From an uncultured bacterium (lineage in GTDB: Bacteria; Zhuqueibacterota; QNDG01; DTFT01): a DNA stretch of 64,000 nt. Shown one piece after another: positions 17,990 to 29,348 of the stretch (position 1 is its first letter; each line of letters begins with the position of its first letter). The stretch is taken from the NCBI GenBank assembly GCA_963736115.1, contig CAVTNR010000010.1, positions 1-64,000 of the forward strand. Reading direction: 5' to 3'. The notes beneath the pieces are model-generated. The model did not search any database and had not been told where the DNA came from. It saw only the letters and a list, made by a program, of their open reading frames with translations. The position numbers were made by a program, and so were the translations under genes.

Positions 17990-20956
17990 CTACTTCAACA
18001 GAAGCAGTTTCCTCGTCACGCTGAACGACCCGGCCTGCAGGCGGATGAAATAAACCCCGCTCGTGAGTCCGGCCGTGTCCCAAGTCCGTGAATGATGACC
18101 CGCGGACAGGCGCTGGTCCGCCAGCATCGCCACTTCCCGTCCGGCCACATCGAATATTCTCAGCGATACAACGGATTGAACCGGCAGGCTGAATGCGATC
18201 ACAGTGGATTGATTGAACGGATTCGGATAATTCTGATAGAGCAGTATTCGGGAAGGCAGAGTACTGCCTGTTTTCGAGTCCAGCCCGGACACAACTGAAT
18301 TCACTCTGCCCGGCGTGCCGTTGCCCGCGGATGCCTTCCAGTTGATGCCGAGGCTGTTGTCCGTGACCGGGTTCATCAACTCCAGCGTCGGGCCCAATCC
18401 GTCCGGCTCTGTCGGCCAGGGGGCCTCGTCGCCGAAGGTCAGGGAATCGATGACCTGTCCTTCCCCATCCTTCAACTGGATGAATTCTCCCGAGCCGTCG
18501 AGGCCGAATCCCGTGTTTCCGATGAAGTTCCGAACCTCCGGAAAACAGGAGGAAAACTTCGCTCGGTCCTCGGCCAGCGCCAGATAGCCGCCCGCGTCCA
18601 GAATCGTCCCCGCAGGGAATGTGAATCCGCGGCCGGTGTCACTGTCCGCGAAAACCCAGCCGCTCAGGTCCGTGCTCCAGTCTCCGGGATTGTGCAGTTC
18701 CATCCAGTCTCCGGAGTTGAACGCGTCCGAAGAGCGATAGTTGATCTCATTGATCACGACGGGCTTTGAATTTGCAATATCGTCGATGAAAACAGCCTGA
18801 ATATTGGTCGTCCTGGCGACCCGGAGCGAAACCGTGTCCGACTTCGATGTGACCGCTCCGCTCCATCCGGCGAACCGGTATCCGGGTTTGGGAACCGCCT
18901 TCAGATGCACGGAATTGCCCTGAAAATAGATGCCTGAGAAGGGCAGGTCCGCGGTTTGAAGCCGGAGCGTGTTGAGCGACACCATTCCGCCCTCGGTCGC
19001 CGTGACCATGATCCGGCCGTCTGCGCCGCACTTAAAGTACTGGCGCATGTGATCCCGCAAATACGCGGGCCTGTCATTGGCGAAGGTGATCATTTTTGCC
19101 GTGCTTTCACCCGACAGGGACCACCTCTGCCTGTGCCTGCCGATTTCGCCGGAGATGCGGCCGGCCATAGCCTCAATGGCTGAAACCACGGTCGTGCTCT
19201 TGAAATTCGTGTTCAGCAGGTCCGCGACCTGGTTGATGAACCGGTTCCGGATGACCGGGTTCTCCACCATTTTCCTCTGAAAAAAGGTCGCCCAGGGCGG
19301 ATTGGAATACCGCGTCTCCACGGTGGAGAACATGAACTGCACATGATCTTCCCACGCGCCGTGCGCGTACAGGCCGAACCCGAAATCCAGGTCGAAGAGG
19401 ATCCACCGCCATTTGCCCGCCGGGCTCCGCTCCCGCCAGAACTTGATGTTGGTGCCGGGCCAGTCCATGTTGTCGTAATACGCCTGCGCCGCGTAGTAGA
19501 GAATACACTCATCCAGGTCGACCATGGCGTCCATCGTGTCGACCGCTGCAGGCGCGGACATGTCCTGCGTGCTCATGAAATCGATCAGCCGGGAATAATG
19601 CAGGGAATCCCCGTGCAGAACCGTTCTGCGGTTTTCGATCATGTCGATATTGTCCGGATCCACCCCGTGCCGGTTGGCGACGTAATGCTCACTGATCTTT
19701 TCCCGGATATTGTAAATGCCCCAGTATTCGCCGTTGATGAAGGTCACCGCTGGCCGGTATTCCTGGTAATCGACGTCCAGGTCGCGAACCAGGGACTGCA
19801 TCAGGGCGTCGCGGATATGCGTGTACTGCCAGTCGTTCCCTGAGTTTCTCAGCACAAAGGATTTGAATGTGTTTACCCGGAAGTCCGGGAACAGCGGGTA
19901 ATCGATTCCGGAAACGCCGTAATCCTCCTTGAATTTCACGGCAATCGATTTCTGGGCCCAATTCGCGCTCTGGCTTCCGGTGATGTTGATGCCGCAGTCC
20001 TCGGAAAATCCCGGGCGCTTGTCGTCCTCGAAGAACTCGACATGTGCCGGCCTCTCCAAGTCCTCGTTGAAACGGGTGTAAATGCCCGTGGCCGGATCGA
20101 ATAGGTCGTCCGGGTCCGCGGACAGGGAAATGACCGGCAGACCGGATGATTCGTTGATGAAATAGGTGTGCGTGACCGGGCGGGTCGGAAGCGTGCCGGG
20201 TTTCACGCTAACCGCTTTTAGCACGGTCGTCTTCGAAACGGCCAGCGGGGCCGTGACTTCCGCATCCGTTGTGTCCGGTGTGCTTCCATCCAGGGTGTAG
20301 AAGATCCGGCTGTCGCCTGCGGACAGCGTGAGGCTGAGAGCCGAGGGGTAGAATCCGCCTGTGTGGGATAGGACGATTGGGTCCGCTGTCCCCTCGATCA
20401 GCCGGCCCGTGTTCCCGGATTCGGGCGTGGGGCTCTGGAAGCCCCAGACTGCGCCTCCGTCCGCGGTTCTGCCGTACGAAATATCCGTGGCCGAAGCCGG
20501 AATCCCGATTCGGTCGATCACGGTTCCGGACGGATCGGAAAGCAGAAGCGTCTCCCCGGACGCGGACAGCTTGAAATTGGCGTGCAGAATATCCGTACGC
20601 CTGTCCTTGTCGGACGCGAAAACCATTTTATAATCACCAGCCTGAATTGAGCCCGCATTCACCGTCCATTTCCGCACATTCAGCGTGTCATCCGAGAGGC
20701 TGTAACCGGACAGGTCCACGGCCTGGGCTCCGCCGTTGTACAGCTCGATCCAGTCAGGCGCGTCTCCGTCCTCGTCCTGAATCGTGTTCCGGTTGGAGGC
20801 CATGATCTCGTTGATGACGAGGTTCTGGGCGAGAACGGAATGCAGAGAAAACACGGACAAGCCCGTCAGAACCATCATTGGAATCGTGCCGATTTTCAAT
20901 CCGGCCCCGGATAAACTCCTGATTTTCTTCATTTGACGCATGAAATCGAACCTCAT
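17990..20956 (-). CDS. CotH kinase family protein with lamin-tail domains and C-terminal Ig/sorting domain
   Basis: VINEIMASN..DWIELYN, LRNSGND, INGEYWGIYNIREK, WRWILFDLDFG, QNYPNPFN; exact start uncertain. Confidence 0.88.
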   Translation of the reverse strand: MRFDFMRQMKKIRSLSGAGLKIGTIPMMVLTGLSVFSLHSVLAQNLVINEIMASNRNTIQDEDGDAPDWIELYNGGAQAVDLSGYSLSDDTLNVRKWTVNAGSIQAGDYKMVFASDKDRRTDILHANFKLSASGETLLLSDPSGTVIDRIGIPASATDISYGRTADGGAVWGFQSPTPESGNTGRLIEGTADPIVLSHTGGFYPSALSLTLSAGDSRIFYTLDGSTPDTTDAEVTAPLAVSKTTVLKAVSVKPGTLPTRPVTHTYFINESSGLPVISLSADPDDLFDPATGIYTRFNEDLERPAHVEFFEDDKRPGFSEDCGINITGSQSANWAQKSIAVKFKEDYGVSGIDYPLFPDFRVNTFKSFVLRNSGNDWQYTHIRDALMQSLVRDLDVDYQEYRPAVTFINGEYWGIYNIREKISEHYVANRHGVDPDNIDMIENRRTVLHGDSLHYSRLIDFMSTQDMSAPAAVDTMDAMVDLDECILYYAAQAYYDNMDWPGTNIKFWRERSPAGKWRWILFDLDFGFGLYAHGAWEDHVQFMFSTVETRYSNPPWATFFQRKMVENPVIRNRFINQVADLLNTNFKSTTVVSAIEAMAGRISGEIGRHRQRWSLSGESTAKMITFANDRPAYLRDHMRQYFKCGADGRIMVTATEGGMVSLNTLRLQTADLPFSGIYFQGNSVHLKAVPKPGYRFAGWSGAVTSKSDTVSLRVARTTNIQAVFIDDIANSKPVVINEINYRSSDAFNSGDWMELHNPGDWSTDLSGWVFADSDTGRGFTFPAGTILDAGGYLALAEDRAKFSSCFPEVRNFIGNTGFGLDGSGEFIQLKDGEGQVIDSLTFGDEAPWPTEPDGLGPTLELMNPVTDNSLGINWKASAGNGTPGRVNSVVSGLDSKTGSTLPSRILLYQNYPNPFNQSTVIAFSLPVQSVVSLRIFDVAGREVAMLADQRLSAGHHSRTWDTAGLTSGVYFIRLQAGSFSVTRKLLLLK

Positions 20957-21271
20957 TTCGTGTACTCTCTAATTATTCGTAACCCGGAATTATCAGCATA
21001 GGTGAAAATCCGGCTAATGAAGCAGGGACCATCAGATTCCATCACACCTGAACCAACATAGAAGAAATTGTCAAGAAAACCAAACAGAAATATGTAAAAA
21101 GGTGTATCACGCCGCGTTGTTTCATAACCGGGGGCACAGGGATGCATTCTTCATGACAGGTGGTTGGGAAAAAAAACCGGAACGGCGCGCAATGCCGTTC
21201 CGGTTTTCGGACCGAGGGTTCGGGAACGTCCTTCCGCGATGGAAGCGGAAAGAAACGGGCGGGCGGAATGA

Positions 21272-21781
21272 CTAGAAGGACGCGCCCACGCTGAGGCCGC
21301 CTGTCGGCACCACCCCGGCGAAGCTGAACAGAGGGGTGAAACCGATCCTGAATATCGGTCCGTTCCGGACCGGCTGAAAGCGGTAACAGCAAGTCAACGC
21401 GATGAGACTGAACTCGTCCCAGCCGCTCTTGATGCGGGTTCCCCATATATCCTCATTGGACGTGCTCCGCACCCGGCCGATCACCACGCCAAGGCCCGTT
21501 TCCAGGAAATGCTCTTTTTTCCCGTGCAGAAAATTGACCATGACGGGAATACCGGTATAATCCACGTCAAACAGAATCAGCACTGGGGATTTCCAGTGCG
21601 AAAAACCGACTCGGAGCGATGTGTTTTCCCTGAAACGATAGTCGTAATTGACCGAATAGAGGAAACAACTGCCGAGCCATTCAGCATAAACCGCGTGCTT
21701 CTGCCAGGAGCCGGCAGGGGATTGGGCAAAAGCCGAACTCGCGACGATGAACAGAAAGAGGATTCTGAGAATGGATTTCAT
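21272..21781 (-). CDS. Hypothetical small outer-membrane beta-barrel-like protein
   Basis: Signal peptide, YAEWLG..YSVNYD, alternating strands, terminal Phe. Confidence 0.75.
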   Translation of the reverse strand: MKSILRILFLFIVASSAFAQSPAGSWQKHAVYAEWLGSCFLYSVNYDYRFRENTSLRVGFSHWKSPVLILFDVDYTGIPVMVNFLHGKKEHFLETGLGVVIGRVRSTSNEDIWGTRIKSGWDEFSLIALTCCYRFQPVRNGPIFRIGFTPLFSFAGVVPTGGLSVGASF

Positions 21782-21949
21782 TCGGATCTCCCTCCGGTTT
21801 CAACTCATTTCAAGTCTTTCTCGATTGGACCTCAATCGCGCCGGGGTATCCTCCATCGCGTCCGATCACGGAGGGTTTCACCCTCCGGTCCAGGATCATT
21901 GGACCGGGCTCCGAGGCGCAACAACGGGGCGGTCAACTGCTGGTATCCG

Positions 21950-22150
21950 TTATTTCCGGTCCAGGTCAATCGTATTTTTGCTCCCGCCCTTGGCAATCGC
22001 CATCATGACTCCGATACCGAGCGCGATCACCAGCACGATCACGGTCCAGCCCGTTCCGATTTTCGCCAGGACGCCCAGCTTGGAGAGAGCGGCGAGCAAT
22101 CCGCCGATAACAACGAGGTAACCTAAGAAGTAGATGAGGGACCATTTCAT
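21950..22150 (-). CDS. Small two-TM membrane protein
   Basis: GGAGG RBS; two hydrophobic helices. Confidence 0.75.
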   Translation of the reverse strand: MKWSLIYFLGYLVVIGGLLAALSKLGVLAKIGTGWTVIVLVIALGIGVMMAIAKGGSKNTIDLDRK

Positions 22151-22613
22151 AAACGACCTCCTGGTTGGATGAATTTACAGGATGATGAATGCCGGGCTGG
22201 CCAGCAGGCTGAATGCCCGGTTTTCAAGGCTTCTCTTTCCACTCAAGGTTCCGGCCAGAACGGAATATAAATCGCGAATCAGCCCTGGAATGGGTAAAAA
22301 TAAGGGAAAATATTCTCAATATCAAACAGAATAATTGAAATAGAGGATACCGTCAAACCCCTTTTGCGCAGAGTTTATGTCATCCGGGTCTCGAAAAAAT
22401 GGCCGGGGTCCCATTGCGAATCGACAAAAACCGGTTATTGGAACCATCCGCGGTTCCTTGAGCCGATACCGTATCCTATTTATCTGCTTTTTAAAATTCG
22501 GAGCGGTACCGGCTGAAGAACAACCGGTACGTCAAGGCCGGGGAGCAAGCGGAGGCGTGCGACTGTAAACGATCCTGATCTGATCATAATTGAAAATGAA
22601 AAAGCCGCGTCGC

Positions 22614-22738
22614 GCGATATTCATCGCTCCCGCGGCCTTGTTTTGTAGGGTGGGCCGGAGGCCCACCTTGTTTATCCGGATCCTCTCATACCCACGGTCC
22701 CCGTGGGCACGTTTTGAGTCGCCCCAGGGCTCTGCCCT
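22614..22738 (+). repeat. Composite REP cluster, directly repeated at 25980-26073
   Basis: GCGATATTCATCGCTCCCGCGG...GTAGGGTGGGCCGGAGGCCCACC...GCCCCAGGGCTCTGCCC. Confidence 0.75.
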
Positions 22739-22785
22739 CGGATTCTCCATGTCGCGCCCGCTGAAAGTCGAGAGCACGTCATCCA

Positions 22786-25653
22786 TCAATCGAGAAGCAT
22801 CATTTTGGCGGTCTGCACTGTGCCGCCGAACCGAAGCCTGCACAGGTACAATCCCGAAGCCGAGCGTCCGCCCCGGTCGTCCGTTCCGTCCCATTCCGCC
22901 TCGTGCGATCCCGTTGGCTCGATCCGCCGGACCAGAGTCCGGACCCGCCTGCCTGAGAGGTCGTAAACGGACAATTCCACGGCCGCCTGCTCCGGCAGAA
23001 GATACCGAATGACCGTGCTGGAATTGAAGGGATTCGGGTAATTCTGACTCAGACCGCACATCCGGGGAGTCATGCCGGAAGCGGCGTTTTCCTTCACGCC
23101 TGTCACGCCCGTGAACCTGAACGTGACATCGCTGAATGTACCAGTGGAGAGGAAACCGTCCCGATGCGCGGTGACGGCCATGCCAGCGTAAACCGGGTCT
23201 GTCATGGCCATGACCTTCCGCCCCACTTCGGTCCAGGACGCTCCGTCCGCCGAGGCCAGGCCGATCAAAGTGTTCCCCGCCCGCACAATCCTCAGCCAGT
23301 ACGGCGGCTTGATCGAGGTGTTGCCAGCCGTAAAGAAGCTGCCGCCGTTCTCCACGGGGCGGTTCTGAAAGGTCAGTCCGTTGTCCGAAGCCACGGCCAT
23401 CATGGCGTTCTTAGACCCCGCCGTGAGCCCGTCCCGGATCATCAAACCGCCCTTGGTCCATGGATCGGATTCGGTCAGGCTTGATATTCTGGCCGTCATC
23501 TCCACATTGCCGGACAACTGACGGAACACGAATCGGAATCCGTCCGAATTGTCCCAGATATCCACACCCGATCCGCTCACCGTATACACTCCACCGGATG
23601 CGTCATATGACGCGTTCCCTTCGGTTTGGACCGATCCCACATCCATGGTCAGCATGGGCCAGGGCAGGTCATTGGGCACATACAGGGGCGACAGGGGATT
23701 GACCAGAGTGTCGACAATCGCGTTCCTGGCTTCGAGTCGCAACTTGTGACCGTCCTGAAAGGTGACCATGCCGTGCAGGCGTGGATTGCTCCACACCGCG
23801 TCGTCCAGCTTCGCGGCCCATTGTATCGAGGCCTGCCTCACGGATCGGTCGTTGTCAGTCTGGTTGATGGCCAAACCGAAGACATTGCCGACCGCAGGGA
23901 CCACGGGGCCCCGACCAGGAACGGTCATGCCGGCCCATTTCACCCGCAGTTCGAGGATGTATCCATCCGCGGTCCTCCTGCGCGCGTAGTCAGACTTGTC
24001 CGGCAGATTGGTGATGCCCGCATAAAAGGAAGGTTCGGCACCCGCGGAATCCAATGCCGTTAAAGTGACCCATTTGACGCCGGTGTCGGGCATCTTCGAC
24101 GGATCCGGATCGATCCTCAACTCGAGGCAATCGTTCTGCCAGTCGGTGACGTTTGTGGCATGGACAGTGTCGTCAATGACCTCTTCGTACAGATACAGGT
24201 AGGTGTCATCCCAGGCTGTCCACACTTTGGCGGAAAGGTCGCTGTCGTCCCGCGGTGCGCCGTTCCAGTTGTATAGCGGCGAGGGAATGTTCAGGAAACC
24301 GTTTTCAGGGCCTGTCAAGGTGTTGTAGAAACCGTCCTTGCTTCCGTCTATCAGAATGGAAATCCCCCCGCCCCCGCTCAAATGCACAAGAAACGGATTC
24401 TCGTCCGGGTCATTGCTGGCGAAATTCAGGACGGCGTTTTTGACGCCCGACCCGGACGAAGTGAACCGCACCACCACGTTTCTCACGCCCGCAGGGGCCA
24501 GAGTGAACGGCCCTCCTCCGCTCCGGATGCTGAACTCGGTCGCATCCGCGCCCGACAGGGTCACGGCAGTCACGTTGAGGTTTGCTGTTCCAACGTTTGA
24601 GATGACGAAAGCCTTGTCCAGGTACGATCCCGCGCTGACCGTGCCGAAATCCCAGGATGCCGGGTCCGAGGCGATATCCGGAGACGTTTCTCCCGGATCG
24701 ACAATTCCCGTTCCGCTCAGGCTGACATGGAACGGATTCTCATCGGGGTCGTTGGAATTGAAAGCTAACGACGCGCTTTTTCCTCCCGCGCCTGTCGGAG
24801 AAAATCGTACAGTGACACCCCGCGACAATCCCTCATCCAGCTGAAAAGATCCGCCTCCGGACAGGATGGTGAATTCGGCTGAGTTCGAGCCCGTGATCGC
24901 GGAGGAAGAGACGTCGAGGACTCCGGTGCCGTCATTTCGAACGGTGAACATTTTGTCGGCGTGTCCCCCGATGCTCACGGAGCTGTAATCCCAGCCTGCC
25001 GGATTCGAAGCGATATCCGGCAGGACTCCTAACCCGCTGAGTGAGATCTGAAACGGATTCTCATCCGGATCGCTGCTGAAAATGTTCAGAATCGCCGATC
25101 TGCCTCCGATTCCGGCCGGCGTGAAGCCCAGTGTCAGGGTATGACCGGCGTCCGGAGCAATGCTGAACGACTGGTTCACGTTTGCGATAAAAAATTCGGA
25201 GGCATTGGCGCCTGTGACCGACATGGAAACCACATAGAGGGTCTGGCCCCCGATGTTGGATATGGAAATATCATGGTAGCAGGATGACCCGACAATGGCC
25301 ACTCCGACCGTCATCCACGGAAAGGCTGTATCGATATCCGGAGGCGATAATGAAAAGGCGGCCGCGACGGAGGCGTTCGCGAACAGCGGCATGGAAAACG
25401 TCACGGGATTGTCCGTGCTGTTGATGTATCCGCTCCACCAATCGAATTGGCTTTTACTGTCTGTGGGCACGGCTTCCAGCGTCAGGCTGGTTCCTGCCGG
25501 ATAGGACTGGGAAAACGGAAGGGTCTGGCCCACGCCGTTGACCCTGATGGTGCCATCGCCCGCGCCGTCCTTGGTGACGGTCAAAGTGCCGCCGATCAGA
25601 CCCGAAATTGGGATGACCAGGGCCAGCATTACAACAAGGTATCGGCTTCGCAT
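22786..25653 (-). CDS. Secreted multidomain protein: 3 choice-of-anchor D/ASH Ig repeats, CBM9-like domain, DUF1349-like domain, C-terminal Ig/sorting domain
   Basis: Three SNDPDENPF-type repeats; WDDTYLY..V.DD; GSGVDIWDNSDGFRF; QNYPNPFN. Confidence 0.85.
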   Translation of the reverse strand: MRSRYLVVMLALVIPISGLIGGTLTVTKDGAGDGTIRVNGVGQTLPFSQSYPAGTSLTLEAVPTDSKSQFDWWSGYINSTDNPVTFSMPLFANASVAAAFSLSPPDIDTAFPWMTVGVAIVGSSCYHDISISNIGGQTLYVVSMSVTGANASEFFIANVNQSFSIAPDAGHTLTLGFTPAGIGGRSAILNIFSSDPDENPFQISLSGLGVLPDIASNPAGWDYSSVSIGGHADKMFTVRNDGTGVLDVSSSAITGSNSAEFTILSGGGSFQLDEGLSRGVTVRFSPTGAGGKSASLAFNSNDPDENPFHVSLSGTGIVDPGETSPDIASDPASWDFGTVSAGSYLDKAFVISNVGTANLNVTAVTLSGADATEFSIRSGGGPFTLAPAGVRNVVVRFTSSGSGVKNAVLNFASNDPDENPFLVHLSGGGGISILIDGSKDGFYNTLTGPENGFLNIPSPLYNWNGAPRDDSDLSAKVWTAWDDTYLYLYEEVIDDTVHATNVTDWQNDCLELRIDPDPSKMPDTGVKWVTLTALDSAGAEPSFYAGITNLPDKSDYARRRTADGYILELRVKWAGMTVPGRGPVVPAVGNVFGLAINQTDNDRSVRQASIQWAAKLDDAVWSNPRLHGMVTFQDGHKLRLEARNAIVDTLVNPLSPLYVPNDLPWPMLTMDVGSVQTEGNASYDASGGVYTVSGSGVDIWDNSDGFRFVFRQLSGNVEMTARISSLTESDPWTKGGLMIRDGLTAGSKNAMMAVASDNGLTFQNRPVENGGSFFTAGNTSIKPPYWLRIVRAGNTLIGLASADGASWTEVGRKVMAMTDPVYAGMAVTAHRDGFLSTGTFSDVTFRFTGVTGVKENAASGMTPRMCGLSQNYPNPFNSSTVIRYLLPEQAAVELSVYDLSGRRVRTLVRRIEPTGSHEAEWDGTDDRGGRSASGLYLCRLRFGGTVQTAKMMLLD

Positions 25654-25979
25654 GGGACGCTCCTTTCGCGAACACCTTAAACCGGATCTCCGGACCAGCC
25701 CAAAGATCGAAACCGGATGAATGTTCTGAAAAGGAAAGACGGCGGATCACGCCATTTGGTCGATGCGGGAAGTCTGGTTTGAGAGCTGCCTGAGAGGATG
25801 AAGAGAATCACGGCTGAATCGCCGCGCGAAGTCATCCCGATCGCAAGCCCGATCAGGAGCACCATGGGAAGAGACTTGAAATCTCCCAAACATTAAAATA
25901 TTACTGATATTTTTTATTAAAGTCAAACAGTATATTGGCCTTATCCGCAAGGTTCCAGGATTTTCGGGAGGCTGGCAAA

Positions 25980-26073
25980 GCGATGTTCATCGCTCCCGCG
26001 GACTTTTTTTTGCAGGGTGGGCCGAAGGCCCGCAAGTTATTCCTGATCGCCACAAAGCTCTGCCCCTGGGCGA
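25980..26073 (+). repeat. Composite REP cluster, copy 2
   Basis: GCGATGTTCATCGCTCCCGCGG...GCAGGGTGGGCCGAAGGCCCGC. Confidence 0.7.
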
Positions 26074-26198
26074 AACAACCATCAGGGCTCCGTCCTGACA
26101 GGAGGGCCTTCAGCACACCCGCGCGCCACGCGCCTCAATGGTGCGTGGCGTGTCATCCGGGTCCAGGGAGGGAGCCGTCTGCGGTCTTCCGCGGGATT

Positions 26199-26381
26199 CT
26201 ACATCCCGATCTTGCTCATCGCGCCGTACACCAGAAACGCGGGCCAGACCAGCGCCTTCAGGAAACCGAGCAGTCCCATCCAGAAATTCGGGGCATGGGA
26301 GATGTAGAACACCGCGGCGCCGATGAATCCGAGCCCGTACACCGCGCCCGCTGACTGGTTGTCTCCGACTTTGCAGTTCAT
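26199..26381 (-). CDS. Small membrane protein (60 aa)
   Basis: GAVYGLGFIGAAVFYI...FW..LGFLKALVWPAFLVY; AGGAGG RBS. Confidence 0.8.
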   Translation of the reverse strand: MNCKVGDNQSAGAVYGLGFIGAAVFYISHAPNFWMGLLGFLKALVWPAFLVYGAMSKIGM

Positions 26382-26493
26382 GGAATGGTTCCTCCTTCTT
26401 TCAGGATGAGAGCCGAGAGTCAGGTATGGGAAAAGATGATTTTCGCGGAGAAGGGTTCTCCTTGCGCCTGGAAACACAGCACGCAACCGTGGA

Positions 26494-26677
26494 TTGAAGC
26501 TCCCCGCCGCCCGCTGCGCGGGATCAAGCGATTATATTTTCGAATTAATGAAGACAAGCGGCGGGCCTTCAATAGTGAAATAATCCGACAGCTTGGTCCA
26601 GCGAAGTCTTCAATAGCCATCATCTGCAGATTGATCCCGCATCGCGGGACCGGGGAATGCGCTCGCTGACAGATTCA
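26494..26677 (-). mobile_element. IS200/IS605-type MITE in reverse orientation, carrying three mini-elements
   Basis: Ends TTGAAGCTCCCCGCCG and GGGGAATGCGCTCGCTGACAGATTCA are reverse complements of the ends of the 15071 and 53882 copies. Confidence 0.75.
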
Positions 26678-26681
26678 GGTG

Positions 26682-27068
26682 TCACCAGATCGCCCGTATC
26701 TGCCCCCACTCGTGGATCCGCCGGTCTTTCGTAACGAGCGGCGCCTGATTCGCCAGACAGGCGGCGACGATGAGCCGGTCCGCGGGTTCGCCATGAAAAT
26801 CTCCCGGAAGACGCGTGGACAGCGCGGCGATCCGGGGTTCGATCGGCAGGAGCCGGATGCGCGGGCGGTCCAGGCCGGCTTCGACCTATTCTTCCACATC
26901 CATGGTCAGGCCCAATCTCCGCTTCGCGACGAGCATGGCCGTTTCCCAGCAGGAGATGGCACAGATCCCGAGGGATTCTGCTTTGGCTATCGCCGTCCAA
27001 GCTGGGTCGGAGAGCTCGCCGGATTCGGAGACATGCCATATCCAGGCATGGGTGTCGAGAATGATCAT
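26682..27068 (-). pseudogene. vapC: VapC/PIN toxin with in-frame TAG
   Basis: MIILDTHAWIW...ISCWE...DVEE*VEAGL...FHGEPADRLIVA...LVTKD...IW; stop at 26886-26888. Confidence 0.88.
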
Positions 27069-27292
27069 CGATCCGCTTCCCACTCGTCCCCGATCGGACT
27101 CACGATGTCTTTCTCGAAAACCAGGCTGTCTTTCATGGGATTGACCGATTCCGGATTGGATTCGGGACAGGGCACCACCTGGGCGACGGATTTACCGTGT
27201 TTCGTCACCACGATTCGGACCTTTTTTCTGGCTACTTCGTCGAGCAGGGACAGGCATTTCGCCTTGAACTCGCCCGCGGGTACGGTTTTCAT
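27065..27292 (-). CDS. Phd/YefM antitoxin
   Basis: AGEFKAKCLSLLDEV...IVVTKHGK.VA; lies directly upstream of vapC. Confidence 0.9.
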   Translation of the reverse strand: MKTVPAGEFKAKCLSLLDEVARKKVRIVVTKHGKSVAQVVPCPESNPESVNPMKDSLVFEKDIVSPIGDEWEADR

Positions 27293-27434
27293 AGCCACCC
27301 CAACATAGTCATTTTATTATAACCATAGTCAATTATCAAAAAACATACTGAGAATCAACATAATTCTTTATGCTTTAGCCCCGACCGCCCCAGGGCTCAG
27401 ACCGGAGTGCCGCCCCCGAAAGAAACTTGGGACC

Positions 27435-29346
27435 TCAGAAGGCGCCCGTCAATTCGACGATCTTCGCCGCCCAGTCCATTTCTGCGACGGATCCGCCGCC
27501 TCGAAATGCCGGGAGCCGTAAAGTTCCGAAACAGTCGCTCTTCAGGACAACGGACGTCTCCCAGGTTCCGAGGCGCGGATCATACCAGGTGAATCGATAG
27601 CGCGTGTCCGGCTTCCACCCCGAAGTCCTCGGCCGCTCCGCCCGGTTCTCGAAATAGAGAAAACCCAGGCCCTGATCCTTCGTACGCATCAGAAAAGACC
27701 ATCCATCCAGCCCGGATTCAGCGCTGTCCTTCGCCTTTCGCGGCTCGAGACTGTCCGAAGCGGGTTCGAGATCCTGATACCGCGACCCCTCGGAGAGCAT
27801 GAAACCCGCCAGCCCCCGCATGTAAGCCGCGGATTCATAGCGCAGCGCCTCCCAGAAATAGGGCCGTCCTCCCCTGGGCTCGGATGCGGCGGTGCAGTCG
27901 TAGGCGCCCGTGCCGTGCACATGCCCTGCGAGTCCTCCGGACAGCACACATCCATAAATCTGGGCTCGGGAAAAGTAGTTATCGCGCTCCGAACCGGACT
28001 CCGCCTGCTCGCCGTTCACCACATTGTTGCCATGCACCCATCCGGTGTAGTGGGGCTCGAGGTTCGCCGAGGGCAGGGCGGGCTCGATCCGGAACTGCCG
28101 CTCCATAGCCTCGTATATTCGGTGGTCCCGCGGCTTGTTGCCCGTGCTGTGCATGGTCAGCCAAGGCGCCTGTGCGGCGGTGCCGAAAGTCAGGTCCGTG
28201 GCATGGTCGATCAGGGAGGTGACCGGCTGACCGAAGGGCATATGGCCGTATTCCACGAAATGACGGTTCAATGCCCGATTGAATTCCTCAGCCGTGAGGC
28301 TGAACTTCGGCAGATAGATGTCGAAGTGGATCTTGCTGAAAATCATGTTATACGCTCCGTAACGGCCGGCCATGTACTGCACGAATCGCGGGAACGACTC
28401 ATCGAAATCGAAATACGCCTTCCACGGAGGCGCGACGTCGCGGCGCATGGTCTCGAGCATGGGTATGAAACCCTCTCCGGTCAGCAGGTCCATCTTCCGA
28501 TCGAGGCTCTGAAAGAACTGCGGCACGATCCGGTCGTAATCCGCAAGCCCCTCCCGTCCGGCCAGTATCTCGAAGGGGCGGTAACCCCGCTCGTCGTGCA
28601 TGGACTTCGCGGTCGGCTGGCCGCCCGGAAGCGTGATGCCGAATGCCTCCCATGCGTTCCGGTAATACACTCCGTTCACGTCTGCATAGGTGGCCGGGTA
28701 CTGATCCGACGCCCATGTGGGAAATGCCGCGATCATGCTCACCGAATTGAATCCCTGCCGCTTCCGGTACGCGACCGCCTGCTGGAATGTGATGCCGGGC
28801 GCAGGCTCGACTGCCGTGTCCGCCGGCCGCGTCCGTGAGCGGCACACGCCAGGTCGCCGCGCCCAGCCACGTGTCACCCAGCAGGAAAAACGGGGTGCCG
28901 TCCGCGTACACGAACGCGTGTCCGTTCGGGCTTGGTCTCAGGAATCCGCGGCGGTTGGGATTGGCCCGCTTTTCCTCCTCGGTCCAGTCCTCGGCCAGAA
29001 CGCGGCCGGTTTTTCCGTTCAGCCCGCTGTCTTCAGGATGATTGGAACCGGTAATCCAGGACCACTCCCCCGGGGCCGTGGTCGTGAAACGGATCCGGAA
29101 AACGTCTCCCCCGTCCCAGAAGCCGTACACGCGCTTGTCAAAACCCGGACCCTTCAGCTCGATCCACGTCTCCACGTCGACGTACGGATTTCCATAGACC
29201 TGCGACGAACGGAGTTCGATCTCCCGCATTTCCCACATATGAACGGATGGTTCAGCCGCAGACGCCGGTCCGCTGGCGAATCCGTTAAACGCCCCTGCAA
29301 TGCCAACCGCCAATGCGATCACGACAAGTCTTCTTGATCTCCTCAT
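27435..29346 (-). CDS. DUF5060/DUF4038 (apiosidase-like) protein; one frameshift near 28825
   Basis: YGNPY..V, GFWDGG..FRIRF..T.PGEW, DGTPFFLLGDTW in one frame; RKRQGFN and EPHY in the next frame. Confidence 0.8.
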
Positions 29347-29348
29347 GC

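Noticed and set aside
28800-28850. Programmed frameshift in the DUF4038 gene
   Set aside because: No slippery heptamer; a single extra base in a GC run is more likely an error or mutation.
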